This document shows, one piece after another, positions 1 to 30,131 of a DNA stretch of 64,000 nucleotides. The notes below the pieces were generated by a model, which was not told the DNA's origin, searched no databases, and was given only the letters and a program-made list of their open reading frames with translations. How positions within the stretch are numbered: position 1 is the first letter of the stretch; every line of letters begins with the position of its first letter. A program made the position numbers and the translations under genes. Source of the DNA: the human T2T-CHM13v2.0 reference genome, Homo sapiens; NCBI RefSeq assembly GCF_009914755.1, contig NC_060943.1; one strand, 5' to 3'.

Positions 1-278
1 CTCTTCCTTCTCGTAACAGCCCAGGAAATCGGTCCCTCTAGTTATTTACGTTTTACAGTGGGTTAAACTGAGTCATAGCCTGTGCTCTGGCCCTCAGCCA
101 CCCTTGGATTTCTAAGATGGGGAAACTGAGGCCCAAAGAAGGCCGCGGCTCCCCAAGGCAAAGCTGAGGCCGCAACCCGGAACCTGGAGGGAATTTACAA
201 GATGTTCTATGCAGTGGTTCCCTGCTGGCAGCCCCCGCCTGCATGGTGTCACAGGAATCCATATTCTTTAAATTTTCA

Positions 279-2677
<2,399 letters not shown>

Positions 2678-3446
2678 GAGTCTCATTCTTCTCCGGTGTA
2701 ACCTGGGCTACCCCACCCCTTCAGGTGTGCAGCACAAGGTCTGTTTCCAAATATGCACCTGTGTGACCTGCAGCCAGACCAGGCCACAGAAGGACCTCAG
2801 GCCTGGAGGCTCCCTGAGCTCCCTGCTTCCAGCATCTCATTTTTGTATAAATACCCTGGTCCTCTCCCAGTTCACCACAGAGCAGTGGCCCCCCCTGTGC
2901 CAGACAGTGCCCTAAATACCACTGCCTGGGGTTGTGTCTCCTAATGGTGTGGACTTTTGTTACAGCACATACACACCCACCCCAGCCTTTCCCGGTGGAG
3001 GAGTGAGGAGGATACCCCTATGCTGGTGTGCTCTTTGTTTATGGCCCTGCTTTCATTGTTGAGTGAGCACATGGTTCCGGGCCCTGTCCCCAAGCGCTCA
3101 CAGCTGAGCTGAAGAGATACAACACATCATGCCAGGATTTCTAGTTGTTGGTGAGGCCTGGGATAACCTGGGCCCACTTAAGCCAGGATGTGCCAGGAGG
3201 ACCTCTGAGAAGAAGCCTGCTCTGCAGAAAAAGAGCAAACACACAGGCCCTGCCTCCTCTCCCTCTGTCCTCCTCTCCTGCCTCTCCTGAGCCATGGTCC
3301 ACAGTGGCCTTCCCACCAGACCTACCTTCTGTGCTCCTGTCCAAGGCCTGGTGGCCCCAAGCCTGGCACCCACTCCCTTCTGTCTGCCTGGGTCAGCCAT
3401 TCACTCACTGCCAGCGTCCCAGGACATGATGGGCTGGCTCAGGCTG

Positions 3447-8552
<5,106 letters not shown>

Positions 8553-9649
8553 ATGAACAAGGCAGCTGATGAAACCTCCCATGTGCTAGACAGGAGGCTG
8601 AGAGCTGGGAGCTGGCCCTGAGCACCCTGGGCCTCTCCAGAGATGTGCCTCTGAGCCCGGACCCAGCACACCCTCATTACCTGTAGTATGGAAATGTCTT
8701 AGCCCTGACTTGGGCTTCTAACAGGTTAAATAACCAGGTACAAATTTGAGCCAGTTTCTCATTTATCTCCGGGTCTAGCAGAGGTGCCCCCGTGAGCTCC
8801 ATGCTGGAGCAGAGCTGAAGGCAGAAGAGCATGACAGGTGCAGAGCAGGGCCCGGCAGGCACAGAGTAGCCCCAGCAGGCATAGAGCAGGGCCAGTGCCC
8901 TGGAGGCCTGGAGATGGCCTTGCCTTCCACCTGCTGGTCATTTCCTGGGTGTTGACTGGAGCCTGGCCTACCTGAGCTTTTCATTCATCCCACCAAGTGC
9001 AAAGCCTGTCCAGAGAAGAGACTGGGGCTGGAAGGATCTGGAGGGTGCAGGGTGAGCCTGGGAGCCAGATCCCAGACAGCCCAGGCCTCTCTGAAGATCC
9101 CAGTGGGCCCCCAGCCTGTCAGTCAGGATTAGAGCAAGGCCCCACTGGTGCTCAGTAAATATTCATGATGGCCTAGGTCCTTCCTGGGGTGCAGGGCAGG
9201 GGGCTTCACCCTGCAGAGCCAAGAGGTAGCACGGCCACCCCTAGAGTCCGGGGGGTGGCTGGGCAGCCCCCACAGGGCACTGCCTGTCCCTGGCAGCTGT
9301 GTGCAGCCCCCGCAGGGCAGCACGCGGAACTGTGGCCCAGGTGGCCGGGAGCCACCATGGACACTGTCAGAACTGCCCTTCCACTTCAGGGCCAGCCTGC
9401 CGCCCAGGGTCCAAACAGCCTTCTAGAACACGATGGACCTGGGGCCCCCCTAGCAACCACCATCTAGACCCTCAGGCCTCCTGAGGTTGCTGCCTGGCTT
9501 GTACCTTTCAGAAAACCCCTGGCATGGGGGCAGAGGTGTCACAGTCCAAGCAGCCTCACTCCTGAGAAGCCGCCAGTGTCCCCTGATTGCAGAGTGGGCA
9601 GCGCCTGGAGCTGTGGAGGAGGGTGTCTGGGGGCGGGCTGGCCCGCTGA

Positions 9650-11613
<1,964 letters not shown>

Positions 11614-11663
11614 GCCCTGTGCCCTCCGGCCACCTGGATCCCTGCCCCTCCCCACTGGGACGG

Positions 11664-11669
11664 AATAAA
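11664..11669 (+). terminator. NDUFA13: NDUFA13 polyadenylation signal AATAAA
   Basis: Canonical hexamer 51 nt after the stop codon. Confidence 0.88.
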
Positions 11670-12189
11670 TGCTCTGCAGACCTGGCCTGCCTGTTTTCCT
11701 GGGGACTGGGGGAAAGAAGGGGGAGAGGGCCCAGCTAGGCACCACCGGATCACATGTAGCATGGGGACGCAGCAGATATGCACAGGGTGACCTCAAAACA
11801 CACCTAGGGGCTGCCCCTGGATCCACTGGCGGCCTCCTCTCTGCCTCCGATATACCTGGACTCTCCTGCCTCCCTTTTGAAACCATGCCTGTCAGCAGCC
11901 CACTTACCTCTCCAGGCTGGGGGCCCCTGGGTCAGCTTTGGGTCAGACCTTCTCCACGGAGGTCTGGAGAGTGGGGGGAGCCTTGACCTCCCGGATACAA
12001 GTGATCCTCCCGCCTCAGCCTCCCGTGTCACTGCGATTACAGGATTACAGGCGTGAGCCACCATACCTTGTGCAGCCCTGCCAATTGTAGGCATGGCGAG
12101 GGTATTTGTCTGCGGAGGGGCTCCTCGCTCCCTGAGAGGGAAGCTCAGAGACACGGGGATATCTGCAGGGAAAGTAAGTCGGGGGAAGC

Positions 12190-12419
12190 AACCAAGATTG
12201 GCCAGGTGCCTCTGCTGTGGGCTCCTGGCACGAAAGGGTGAAGTCCGTCTGAGTCCACCGACCAATGGTGACGCGCAGCGCCTTCGCGGCGCTTCCTGAT
12301 TGGCGGGCATGCAGGGTGGGCGGGAGGGAGGAGAAGAGGGGGCGTCCCCTCCCTCCACGGATGCGCTTAAAAGGCGGTGGCGGTGGCGGCAGCGCCCGGC
12401 GCCCGGGCTCACCTCGGCC
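12190..12419 (+). promoter_or_regulatory. YJEFN3: YJEFN3 promoter / small CpG island
   Basis: CpG-rich; ATTGG at 12197 and 12299, CCAAT at 12262, TGACG half-CRE at 12269, TATA-like TTAAAA at ~12367; GCCATG Kozak context at 12420. Confidence 0.7.
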
Positions 12420-21012
<8,593 letters not shown>

Positions 21013-21047
21013 CCGCCACCCGCGGCCACACCGCAGGGACCCTCGCC

Positions 21048-21053
21048 AATAAA
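21048..21053 (+). terminator. YJEFN3: YJEFN3 polyadenylation signal AATAAA
   Basis: Canonical hexamer 36 nt after the stop codon. Confidence 0.85.
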
Positions 21054-21224
21054 CAGCCCTCCCACCACCGCCGCCTCGCCTCCGCCTCCTTTGTGCACCG
21101 GGCCCGCTGCGGGGGTGGGCACACTCGAAGAGGGACTTCACACGGTCCCTGGGTGATCCAAGGCGGGGAGCATGAGAAGGGCGGTGGAGTGGGACTTCCC
21201 GCTGGCCTAGAAAACTTCAGCTAG

Positions 21225-21370
21225 GGCTGGGGGCGGTGGCTCCTGCCTGTAATCTCAGCACTTTGGGAGGCTGAGGCTGGAGGATCGCTTAAGGCCAGGA
21301 GTTTGGGACCAGCCTGGGCAACATAGCAAGATCCCGACTCTACAAATTAAAAGAAAAAGAAGAAAGAAAA
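21225..21370 (+). mobile_element. FLAM/Alu monomer between YJEFN3 and CILP2
   Basis: Left-arm consensus plus A-rich tail. Confidence 0.85.
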
Positions 21371-21629
21371 CTCGAGCCAGAAGAATGGAGGGTAGATTCA
21401 GGGTGGGACTCCCAGACTGTTTGGGGTGGCCTAAAGCCTATAGGATCGAAGTGAGACGCGAGACAGGACTTCCAGCCACCTAAAGCGGGTCCGAGCAGCT
21501 TGAGGCTGGATTCCAAGTGACACTTCCCTCAGGCAGCTTGGGATGCAGCTTGGAGGACTGAGTGGGCTCGGGGAGGGAGTTCCAGCAGGCCACGGGGAAC
21601 CCAGGACAGCCTGAGGACGGAGGCACAGC

Positions 21630-22080
21630 CAGACGCACCAAGGGGGGCGACCCAGAGGGGTTGCTCGAGCGCCGTCACCCAGGGCCAGGGGGCGTGGCCT
21701 GAATGGGGCGTGGCCAGGGCGGGATCTGCGGTCGCATCCCGCCCCCACTCTCAGTCCCAGCGGCCGCCAGACCCGCCGGAGTTGGACCCGAGCACGCCGC
21801 GGAGCCCGGACCCTCCCTCGGACGCTCTGCCCCGGCCATGGCGTCGCTGCTGCCACTGCTCTGTCTCTGTGTCGTCGCTGCGCACCTGGCGGGGGCCCGA
21901 GGTGAGGCGCCTCCAGCCCCCGCGCCCAGCCCCTGAGGCTCCCGAGGGCCTGGCAGCCGGCCTTGGGTGAAGCCGCACTCGGGGAGAGAACCCAGGGACC
22001 CACGCGCTTCCCCGGGGACTGGGTCCCCTTCACCAGTCGGATCCCCGCGACCACCTGGGGCGCGGAGCGGGCCTCATCCA
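21630..22080 (+). promoter_or_regulatory. CILP2: CILP2 CpG-island promoter / first exon
   Basis: Dense CpG; GGGGCGTGGC x2 (~21690, ~21705) and CCCGCCCC (~21738) SP/KLF boxes; GCCATGG Kozak at 21838. Confidence 0.75.
21838..21901 (+). CDS. CILP2: CILP2 exon 1 (signal peptide)
   Basis: ATG...CGAG|gtgagg. Confidence 0.95.
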
Positions 22081-25000
22081 TTCTCTTCCTTGGCTAAGCC
22101 GGGAGTGTGGATAAGAACCTAGGGTTCCTCCCGGGGTTTGGACTCTGAATCACCGGCCAGGTCTCCCACCCTGGACCGAAGGGGTCGGAACTGGCCCCTC
22201 CCACCTAACTCCCACACACGCACTCACTCCAACCGCTGGAGAAAGAAATGCCCATCCCTGGAACACTCAATGGGGCGGGGGACGGGCCCACTTCTCAAGT
22301 GAGGAGACTGAGGCACCCAGAAGGAAGGGGCTTGTCTGACCTCATCACTCTGCTGGGAGTATCTTGGACAGCTCCTATCTTGGAGAAGCCAGTCTAGATT
22401 CCAAGGACTTCCCGGCAGCTCGGACTGTAGTACAGGGATGGAAGACAGACTAAGGGAGGGGCTTCCAGCAGGCCAAGTGGATGAGGGGGAGCCCAGCCTG
22501 AGGGCAGAGGCACAGCCAGCTGAACTTGATTGATCTCGCGGCAGCTGAACATAGTGGGAGGGAGACTCTAGCCTAGGGGAACTGGGTGGTACTTGCACTT
22601 CCCCAGCCGGGGGGTTAGGGCTAGGTCAGAGAGAGGTACCTGGCTTTGGGGGCCTGGTGGTGGTCATGGGCAGCGCGCTGGAGGAGAGTGTATGGCAGCC
22701 CTTGGGGCTAGAGCTGGGTTCTGGCCTCTCAGAGCCTCAATTTTCCCTCCTGTTAAAATGGGGATCATGGGCCAAGCACGGTGGCTCACGCCTGTAATCC
22801 CAGCACTTTGGGAGGCCGAGGCGGGCGGACTACCTGAGGTCAGGAGTTTGAGACCAACCTGGCCAACATGGTGAAACCCCGTCTCTACTAAAAATATAAA
22901 AATTAGCTAGGCCTGGTGGAGCGTGCCTGTAATCCCAGCTACTCAGGAGGCTGAGGTGTGAGAATCACTTGAACCCAGGAGGCAGAGGCTGCAGTGAGCC
23001 GAGATCGTGCCACTGCACTCCAGCCTGGGTGACAGAGGGAGATTCCGTCTCAAAAAAAAAAAAAAAAAGGGGGGGGATGATCGTGGCTGCACCTTGCCTA
23101 AAAGGAGGCTCCCAGCGGTCCCCATCAGTAGCAGCGTGCTTCCTTCTCCCCACTCCTCACCCACAGACGCCACCCCCACCGAGGAGCCAATGGCGACTGC
23201 ACTGGGCCTGGAAAGACGGTCCGTGTACACCGGCCAGCCCTCACCAGCCCTGGAGGACTGGGAAGGTGAGTTAGCCTGCCTCGGAGTCCCGTCTCTGCTG
23301 CGGGCTTGTTGGGGGTGGGGCTTGGGCTACTGGGGTCGTGTGAGGAGAGGGCACACACTAGACGAAGGGCCCGGCGCCGTCCTGGTCCCCGGACATGACA
23401 GCCCCTGGAGGTGATGCCCCAAGTTCAAGATCTAAGTGAGAGGCCGGTCAGACAGAGGCAAGAGCTCAGCGCACCGGGATGGACCAGGTCAGGCCCTGGG
23501 CGGCAGAACTGGGGTCGCGGGGAACCCAGTCTGCCCTGCACCTGTTTCAGGCCGCTGGCTCGGGTCGTGGGCGCGCTCGGCTAGCCGGTGCCCACCGGGG
23601 GAGGGGGCTGAGACAGCAAGTAAGGCCTTTGCACGCATGCATGGGGGCCTACAGGCCGCCGCCCTGGTCCCAGCGCGTGCGGTGCCCGCAGAGGCCAGCG
23701 AGTGGACGTCCTGGTTCAACGTGGACCACCCCGGAGGCGACGGCGACTTCGAGAGCCTGGCTGCCATCCGCTTCTACTACGGGCCAGCGCGCGTGTGCCC
23801 GCGACCGCTGGCGCTGGAAGCGCGCACCACGGACTGGGCCCTGCCGTCCGCCGTCGGCGAGCGCGTGCACTTGAACCCCACGCGCGGCTTCTGGTGCCTC
23901 AACCGCGAGCAACCGCGTGGCCGCCGCTGCTCCAACTACCACGTGCGCTTCCGCTGCCCACTAGGTGAGGGCGGGGCTGGATGACGGGGGCGGGGCTTTG
24001 AATGGGCGGGGCTGGCGAACGCCGGGAAGAGTCGTGGTGGGTGGGGCTGGGAGGGGCAGGACCGTGTGGGTGTGGGCGTGGCTGGGAAGAGCCGGGGGAC
24101 CCTTAGGCGTAGGACGACGTCAGGGGGCGGGGCCAGGCAGGGCGGGGCTTTTGAAGAGAGGCGCTGGGAACAGCGCGGGGCCCAAGTGCACCGTCAGGAG
24201 GCCCAGCGGGTCAGGACCCATGTCCGGCCCCCTGGAACGCATCTCCCTCCCGCTGCCCTCATTTGAGCATCTGTAAGAGCTCAGTTCTGTGGAGTGTCTT
24301 GAGCCCAAATGCGTGCAGGATGCAGGGAGAAAAGCAGGACTGATCCCCGGGACCTTATGCGGGGGTGGGGAGGTGGGTCGGTACCTAAACTATGTCTTCG
24401 ACAGGCGCGCCTAGGGGAGCATGGGTGGGGGCGATGGCAGATCTGCTCTCTGGAGTGTCCGCCCTTGGATGCACATATGTGAGGGGGTTGGGGAAGAAGG
24501 GTCCTTTAGTCCCAGGTTACCCGGAGGCGCAGTTCCTGGGGAGGGCGGCCACCTGATCTCCGTCCCTGCCTTCCGCAGAAGCCTCGTGGGGCGCGTGGGG
24601 CCCGTGGGGTCCCTGCTCGGGGAGCTGTGGGCCAGGCCGTCGCTTGCGCCGCCGCCACTGCCCAAGCCCCGCTGGGGATGCGTGTCCCGGGCGTCCTCTG
24701 GAGGCGCAGAAGTGCGTGCGGCCTCGGTGTCCAGGTAGGAGGGGCGGGGTCTGGAGGCTGGGACCTGTACAGAGGGGAGGAAGGGGAGGTTAGGGGCTGA
24801 GCCTGGGAGAGAGGGTGGAGTTAGAGGCGGTGCCTGGATGTAGAGAGGCAGTGCTTCTCCTGAGCGATGCCTAGAGGGGAGGAGCTAGTTGGGGGCGGGG
24901 CCTCGTGGACGGGGCTGTGAAGGGCGGGGCCTGGTGCGGGGGCGGAGCCTGGAGGACCCAAACTCTGGAGCCAGGTGGAGACCAGCCCTTCCTTCCCTCC

Positions 25001-28000
25001 TGGGCCCAAGGAGCACTGGTAACTATGCACATCTGGACAGGTGGATGCCAGGGGGCTCTTGTGCAGGCAGACATGGGCAGATAGGAGGGGGTGCTTCCCC
25101 TGTGTGCATTCCAGACTGTACAGATGTCTTCGTGGGGAAACAGAATTCAGTTCATGCACTCAGGGTGCACACGTGCATGGCATTTGCAGCCCCCACCCCG
25201 GTCCCCCACGCCCACACAGACACCCGCTCACAGCCTGGCAGACATGATGCCTAGGCCCTCCCAGGGCCAGACACCGGGCAAGCCAGGAGGAGACTGGAAA
25301 TTCCGCTAGCGCCTGGGCTCCACAAACACGGCCTGGAGGCTGCTCCGGGGAGCCCGTCACAGGGTGGGGGCACATGGTGGCCAATGGGGCGTTGGGGTCC
25401 CCACCCCATCGCGCCTGGCTCTGCTCTCCCGGTGCCTGTGCCCTGAAGTTTCCAGTGGAATTTTCCATTTTATGGAGAAACCGCAGGATTGGGAAGGGGG
25501 GCAGTTGTTCTCAGCCCAAGATCCAGCCCCTTACTGGGCCCCCAGCCCCTGTCCAGACATTTTCTCTTCTGCTGGAAAGGGCAGTGCCATATTTTGAGAC
25601 TTACCTCTCCTGTCCCCTCCTATAGGACCTCTTCCCTACGTCTCTGGATCCCAGTTCCTATGCCCTGGCCCAGTCCTGACCACTTAGCCCATCTCCCCTT
25701 CACACTAGGGACTGCTCCAAGCAGGGCCATGCTGAGGCCTCTGAGAGGCACCTTATGGGGGGGCCCCAGGCATATTTGTTGAGTGACTGATTGAATGGAA
25801 AGCCCTCCTCAGGAGGGAGTGTGAAGGTTTCTCTGTCCTGCTTCCTCTCCATATCCCCCCAGGGTGCAGCCTTGACACCTGTGAATGCCCGGACCACATC
25901 CTCCTGGGCTCGGTGGTCACCCCATCTGGGCAACCACTGCTAGGAGCCAGGGTCTCCCTGCGAGACCAGCCTGGCACTGTGGCCACCAGCGATGCTCACG
26001 GAACCTTCCGGGTGCCTGGTGTCTGTGCTGACAGCCGCGCCAACATCAGGGCCCAGATGGATGGCTTCTCTGCAGGGGAGGCCCAGGCCCAGGCCAACGG
26101 ATCCATCTCTGTGGTCACCATCATCCTTGATAAGTTGGGTAAGCACCCTTGCAACATGGGGCATGAAGGGGCTGAGGATCTGGGGAGGAAGTTCTAGCAC
26201 TCGATCAAGAGAGGAAGAAATGAGATGTGACACAGTCATTGGCGAAGGCACAGAGTGAGTCGGCATTTCTGGGAGAAAGGAGAGGATGGGGACGTTGCTC
26301 CTAGGAAGGGTGGGTGGGAGAAGCTCTGATCTTTACCACCTTTGACCCCAGAGAAGCCGTACCTGGTGAAACACCCTGAGTCCCGAGTGCGAGAGGCTGG
26401 CCAGAATGTGACTTTCTGCTGCAAAGCCTCCGGGACCCCCATGCCCAAGAAATACTCCTGGTGAGCGCCCGCCCCGGGCTCAGGGGCATCTTCTGTGGCT
26501 TTGGGGTTAGATTCAATTTCATGTTGTTATGTGGTTTCCCATCTGGAGAGTGGGGAAAGCGTTAACGGGGAATGAATTGGGTGGGAGAGGGACTACCAAG
26601 GAGGCTGAATGGGGCCAGTCTTGCTGGGGAGGAGGCTGACTTTGGCAAAGCCTCTCTGCAGCTCCCCAGCCTGCAGACTGGGGGCAACACAGCCCCTCCC
26701 ACTGAGTCCTATGGTGTCGCTCACCTGCCATCCAGGTTCCACAATGGGACCCTGCTGGACAGGCGAGCTCATGGGTACGGGGCCCACCTGGAGCTGCGGG
26801 GACTGCGCCCAGACCAGGCTGGCATCTACCACTGCAAGGCATGGAATGAGGCGGGTGCCGTGCGCTCGGGCACTGCCCGGCTCACTGTACTTGGTGAGTG
26901 TCCTTGGCCACAGCCCCGAGCAAGCCTTCACCCAAACGGAACCCGGACTGTAGCTAAGCTCAACCCCAAATGGAGCCCCCACTTCAGACTGATCCAATCC
27001 TAGGCCTCCACTGAGCCCCCATACCACTCTGAGCACCAACCTTCAGTCCTTACCCTGGGCAGACCCCTGTCCCTTAGGTGGAGTCCTTGACTGCAGACAG
27101 AGTCCCCAGCCTTGGCCTCCATGAAGTCCTCCTCCCTGCCCTGACCTGCATGTTTTCTTTGTCCCCAGCCCCAGGCCAGCCAGCCTGCGACCCCCGGCCC
27201 CGAGAGTACCTGATCAAGCTCCCTGAGGACTGTGGTCAGCCAGGTAGTGGCCCTGCCTACCTGGATGTGGGCCTCTGTCCCGACACCCGCTGCCCCAGCC
27301 TGGCAGGCTCCAGCCCCCGCTGCGGGGACGCCAGCTCCCGCTGCTGCTCTGTGCGCCGTCTGGAGAGAAGGGAGATTCACTGCCCTGGCTACGTCCTCCC
27401 AGTGAAGGTGGTGGCAGAGTGTGGCTGCCAGAAGTGTCTGCCCCCTCGGGGGCTGGTCCGGGGCCGTGTTGTGGCTGCTGACTCCGGGGAGCCGCTACGC
27501 TTCGCCAGGATTCTGCTGGGCCAGGAGCCCATCGGCTTCACCGCCTACCAGGGCGACTTTACCATTGAGGTGCCGCCCTCCACCCAGCGGCTGGTGGTGA
27601 CTTTTGTGGACCCCAGCGGTGAGTTCATGGACGCTGTCCGGGTCTTGCCTTTTGATCCTCGAGGTGCCGGCGTGTACCACGAGGTCAAGGCCATGCGGAA
27701 GAAAGCCCCGGTCATTTTACATACCAGCCAGAGCAACACGATCCCCCTGGGCGAGCTGGAAGATGAGGCGCCCCTGGGCGAGCTGGTCCTGCCTTCTGGC
27801 GCTTTCCGCAGAGCCGACGGCAAACCCTACTCGGGGCCTGTGGAGGCCCGGGTGACGTTCGTGGACCCCCGAGACCTCACCTCGGCGGCGTCTGCCCCCA
27901 GTGACCTGCGCTTCGTGGACAGCGACGGCGAGCTGGCTCCACTGCGCACCTACGGCATGTTCTCCGTGGACCTCCGTGCGCCCGGCTCCGCGGAGCAGCT

Positions 28001-29504
28001 GCAGGTGGGGCCGGTGGCCGTGCGGGTGGCCGCCAGCCAGATCCACATGCCAGGCCACGTGGAGGCCCTCAAGCTGTGGTCGCTGAACCCCGAGACCGGC
28101 TTGTGGGAGGAGGAGAGCGGCTTCCGGCGCGAGGGGTCCTCGGGCCCCCGGGTGCGCCGGGAGGAGCGCGTCTTCCTGGTGGGCAACGTGGAGATCCGGG
28201 AGCGGCGCCTGTTCAATCTGGACGTGCCTGAGCGCCGCCGCTGCTTCGTGAAGGTGCGCGCCTACGCCAACGACAAGTTCACCCCCAGCGAGCAGGTGGA
28301 GGGCGTGGTGGTCACGCTGGTCAATCTGGAGCCCGCCCCCGGCTTCTCCGCCAACCCCCGTGCCTGGGGCCGCTTTGACAGCGCGGTCACCGGCCCCAAT
28401 GGCGCCTGCCTCCCCGCCTTCTGCGACGCCGACAGGCCAGACGCCTACACCGCCCTGGTCACCGCCACCCTGGGCGGCGAGGAGCTGGAGCCGGCCCCTT
28501 CCTTGCCCCGCCCACTCCCGGCCACCGTGGGCGTCACCCAGCCCTACCTGGACAGGCTGGGGTACCGTCGGACGGACCACGACGATCCCGCCTTCAAGCG
28601 TAACGGCTTCCGCATCAACCTCGCCAAGCCCAGGCCAGGTGACCCCGCCGAGGCCAATGGGCCTGTGTACCCGTGGCGCAGCCTGCGGGAATGCCAGGGG
28701 GCCCCGGTGACTGCCAGCCACTTCCGCTTCGCCAGGGTGGAGGCGGACAAGTACGAGTACAACGTGGTCCCCTTCCGAGAGGGCACACCTGCCTCCTGGA
28801 CTGGCGATCTCCTGGCCTGGTGGCCCAACCCGCAGGAGTTCCGGGCCTGCTTCCTCAAGGTGAAGATCCAGGGTCCCCAGGAGTATATGGTCCGCTCCCA
28901 CAACGCAGGGGGCAGCCACCCACGCACCCGCGGCCAGCTCTACGGACTTCGGGATGCCCGGAGTGTGCGAGACCCCGAGCGTCCGGGCACCTCGGCAGCC
29001 TGCGTGGAGTTCAAGTGCAGCGGGATGCTGTTCGACCAGCGGCAGGTGGACAGGACGCTGGTGACCATTATGCCCCAGGGCAGCTGCCGGCGCGTGGCCG
29101 TCAACGGACTCCTTCGGGATTACCTGACCCGGCACCCCCCACCGGTGCCCGCGGAGGACCCAGCTGCCTTCTCCATGCTGGCCCCCCTAGACCCTCTGGG
29201 CCACAACTATGGCGTCTACACTGTCACTGACCAGAGCCCACGCTTGGCCAAGGAGATCGCCATTGGCCGCTGCTTTGATGGTTCCTCTGACGGCTTCTCC
29301 AGAGAGATGAAGGCTGATGCCGGCACAGCCGTCACCTTCCAGTGCCGGGAGCCACCGGCCGGACGACCCAGCCTCTTCCAGAGGCTGCTGGAGTCCCCGG
29401 CGACAGCACTTGGTGACATCCGCAGGGAGATGAGCGAGGCGGCGCAGGCACAGGCCCGGGCCTCAGGTCCCCTCCGCACCCGCCGGGGTAGGGTCCGGCA
29501 GTGA
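21838..29504 (+). CDS. CILP2: Cartilage intermediate layer protein 2, 1156 aa: join(21838..21901,23167..23265,23692..23964,24579..24734,25863..26138,26352..26460,26736..26893,27169..29504)
   Basis: The exons sum to 3471 nt in frame with GT-AG introns. Domain order: signal peptide [21 protein letters not shown], WxxW domain ([17 protein letters not shown]), TSP1 repeat ([15 protein letters not shown]), Ig domain (TFCCKASG...W...GIYHCKAWN), furin-type RVRR at 28149-28160. Confidence 0.97.
22769..23068 (+). mobile_element. AluS in CILP2 intron 1
   Basis: Full dimer with poly-A tail. Confidence 0.92.
23167..23265 (+). CDS. CILP2: CILP2 exon 2
   Basis: ccacag|AC...GAAG|gtgagt; encodes [13 protein letters not shown]...EDWE. 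Confidence 0.93.
23692..23964 (+). CDS. CILP2: CILP2 exon 3 (WxxW domain)
   Basis: cgcag|AG...CTAG|gtgagg. Confidence 0.95.
24579..24734 (+). CDS. CILP2: CILP2 exon 4 (thrombospondin type 1 repeat)
   Basis: ccgcag|AA...CCAG|gtagga; WxxWxxWxxCSxSCG motif. Confidence 0.95.
25863..26138 (+). CDS. CILP2: CILP2 exon 5
   Basis: ccccag|GG...TTGG|gtaagc; encodes [18 protein letters not shown]...ILDKL. Confidence 0.94.
26352..26460 (+). CDS. CILP2: CILP2 exon 6 (Ig domain, N-terminal half)
   Basis: ccccag|AG...CCTG|gtgagc; encodes [27 protein letters not shown]. Confidence 0.94.
26736..26893 (+). CDS. CILP2: CILP2 exon 7 (Ig domain, C-terminal half)
   Basis: tccag|G...CTTG|gtgagt; encodes FHNGTLL...[24 protein letters not shown]. 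Confidence 0.94.
27169..29504 (+). CDS. CILP2: CILP2 exon 8 (large terminal exon)
   Basis: ccccag|CC; lies within the 808-aa ORF 27078..29504. Confidence 0.97.
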
Positions 29505-30125
29505 CCTGGGCAGGGGCCTCGCTTTCCCACCTCCCTCCAGACTCCTTTGACCCCAGGAAGTTTTGCCCCTCCTTCTTCTCCAGACAGCCCCCTCCCCAGG
29601 TGTCTGGGTCCCCTTTCCCGCCCCTTTCCAGAACTCAGAGTCAGACAAGAACCCAGAGCATCCGATGGTAGAAACACCAGGAAGACAATTGTTGCTGTGT
29701 GGTATGGAATGGAGTTTGCGGTGACTCTGGGGCCAGCACCCAGGGGACGACGTTCAACCCTAGCCTGAAGGGACCCGCTCCCAGCTCAGAAGCCGTCTCT
29801 GACTTCTCGTGCGTATTTTGACCCTGATTTCAATCTTCTACCCTTGGGAGTTCTGGCGTTTGGCACAAAGTCCCCTCTGCCTGTTTGGAGCTCAGTGCTA
29901 GACCAGGTCCCCTGCCCCGAGCTTTGTTTTTGGGGTTATTTATTGAAACAAAGTGTGGGGAGCTGGTTGTGGGTGTGAGTGGGGGTGTGGGGTCCAGGCT
30001 GGGCCCAGTGAAAAGGAGGAAGGGGTTCCCATGCGGGGGAGGCTCTGGGGCTGAGGGGAACAATTCTCACGTGTTTGGTGCTTAGAGACCTGCCCGGGGC
30101 GTTGGGCAGGCCCTCCGGGGGCTGA

Positions 30126-30131
30126 ATTAAA
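30126..30131 (+). terminator. CILP2: Probable CILP2 poly(A) signal ATTAAA
   Basis: First AWTAAA hexamer I found after the stop, ~620 nt downstream, in an AT-rich patch. Confidence 0.65.

Noticed and set aside
1-278. NDUFA13 exon 1 or TSSK6
   Set aside because: No matching coding sequence; the window begins in NDUFA13 intron 1.
27717-29135. 472-aa antisense ORF over CILP2 exon 8
   Set aside because: Shadow ORF expected from high-GC3 codon usage on the opposite strand; no recognisable domain.
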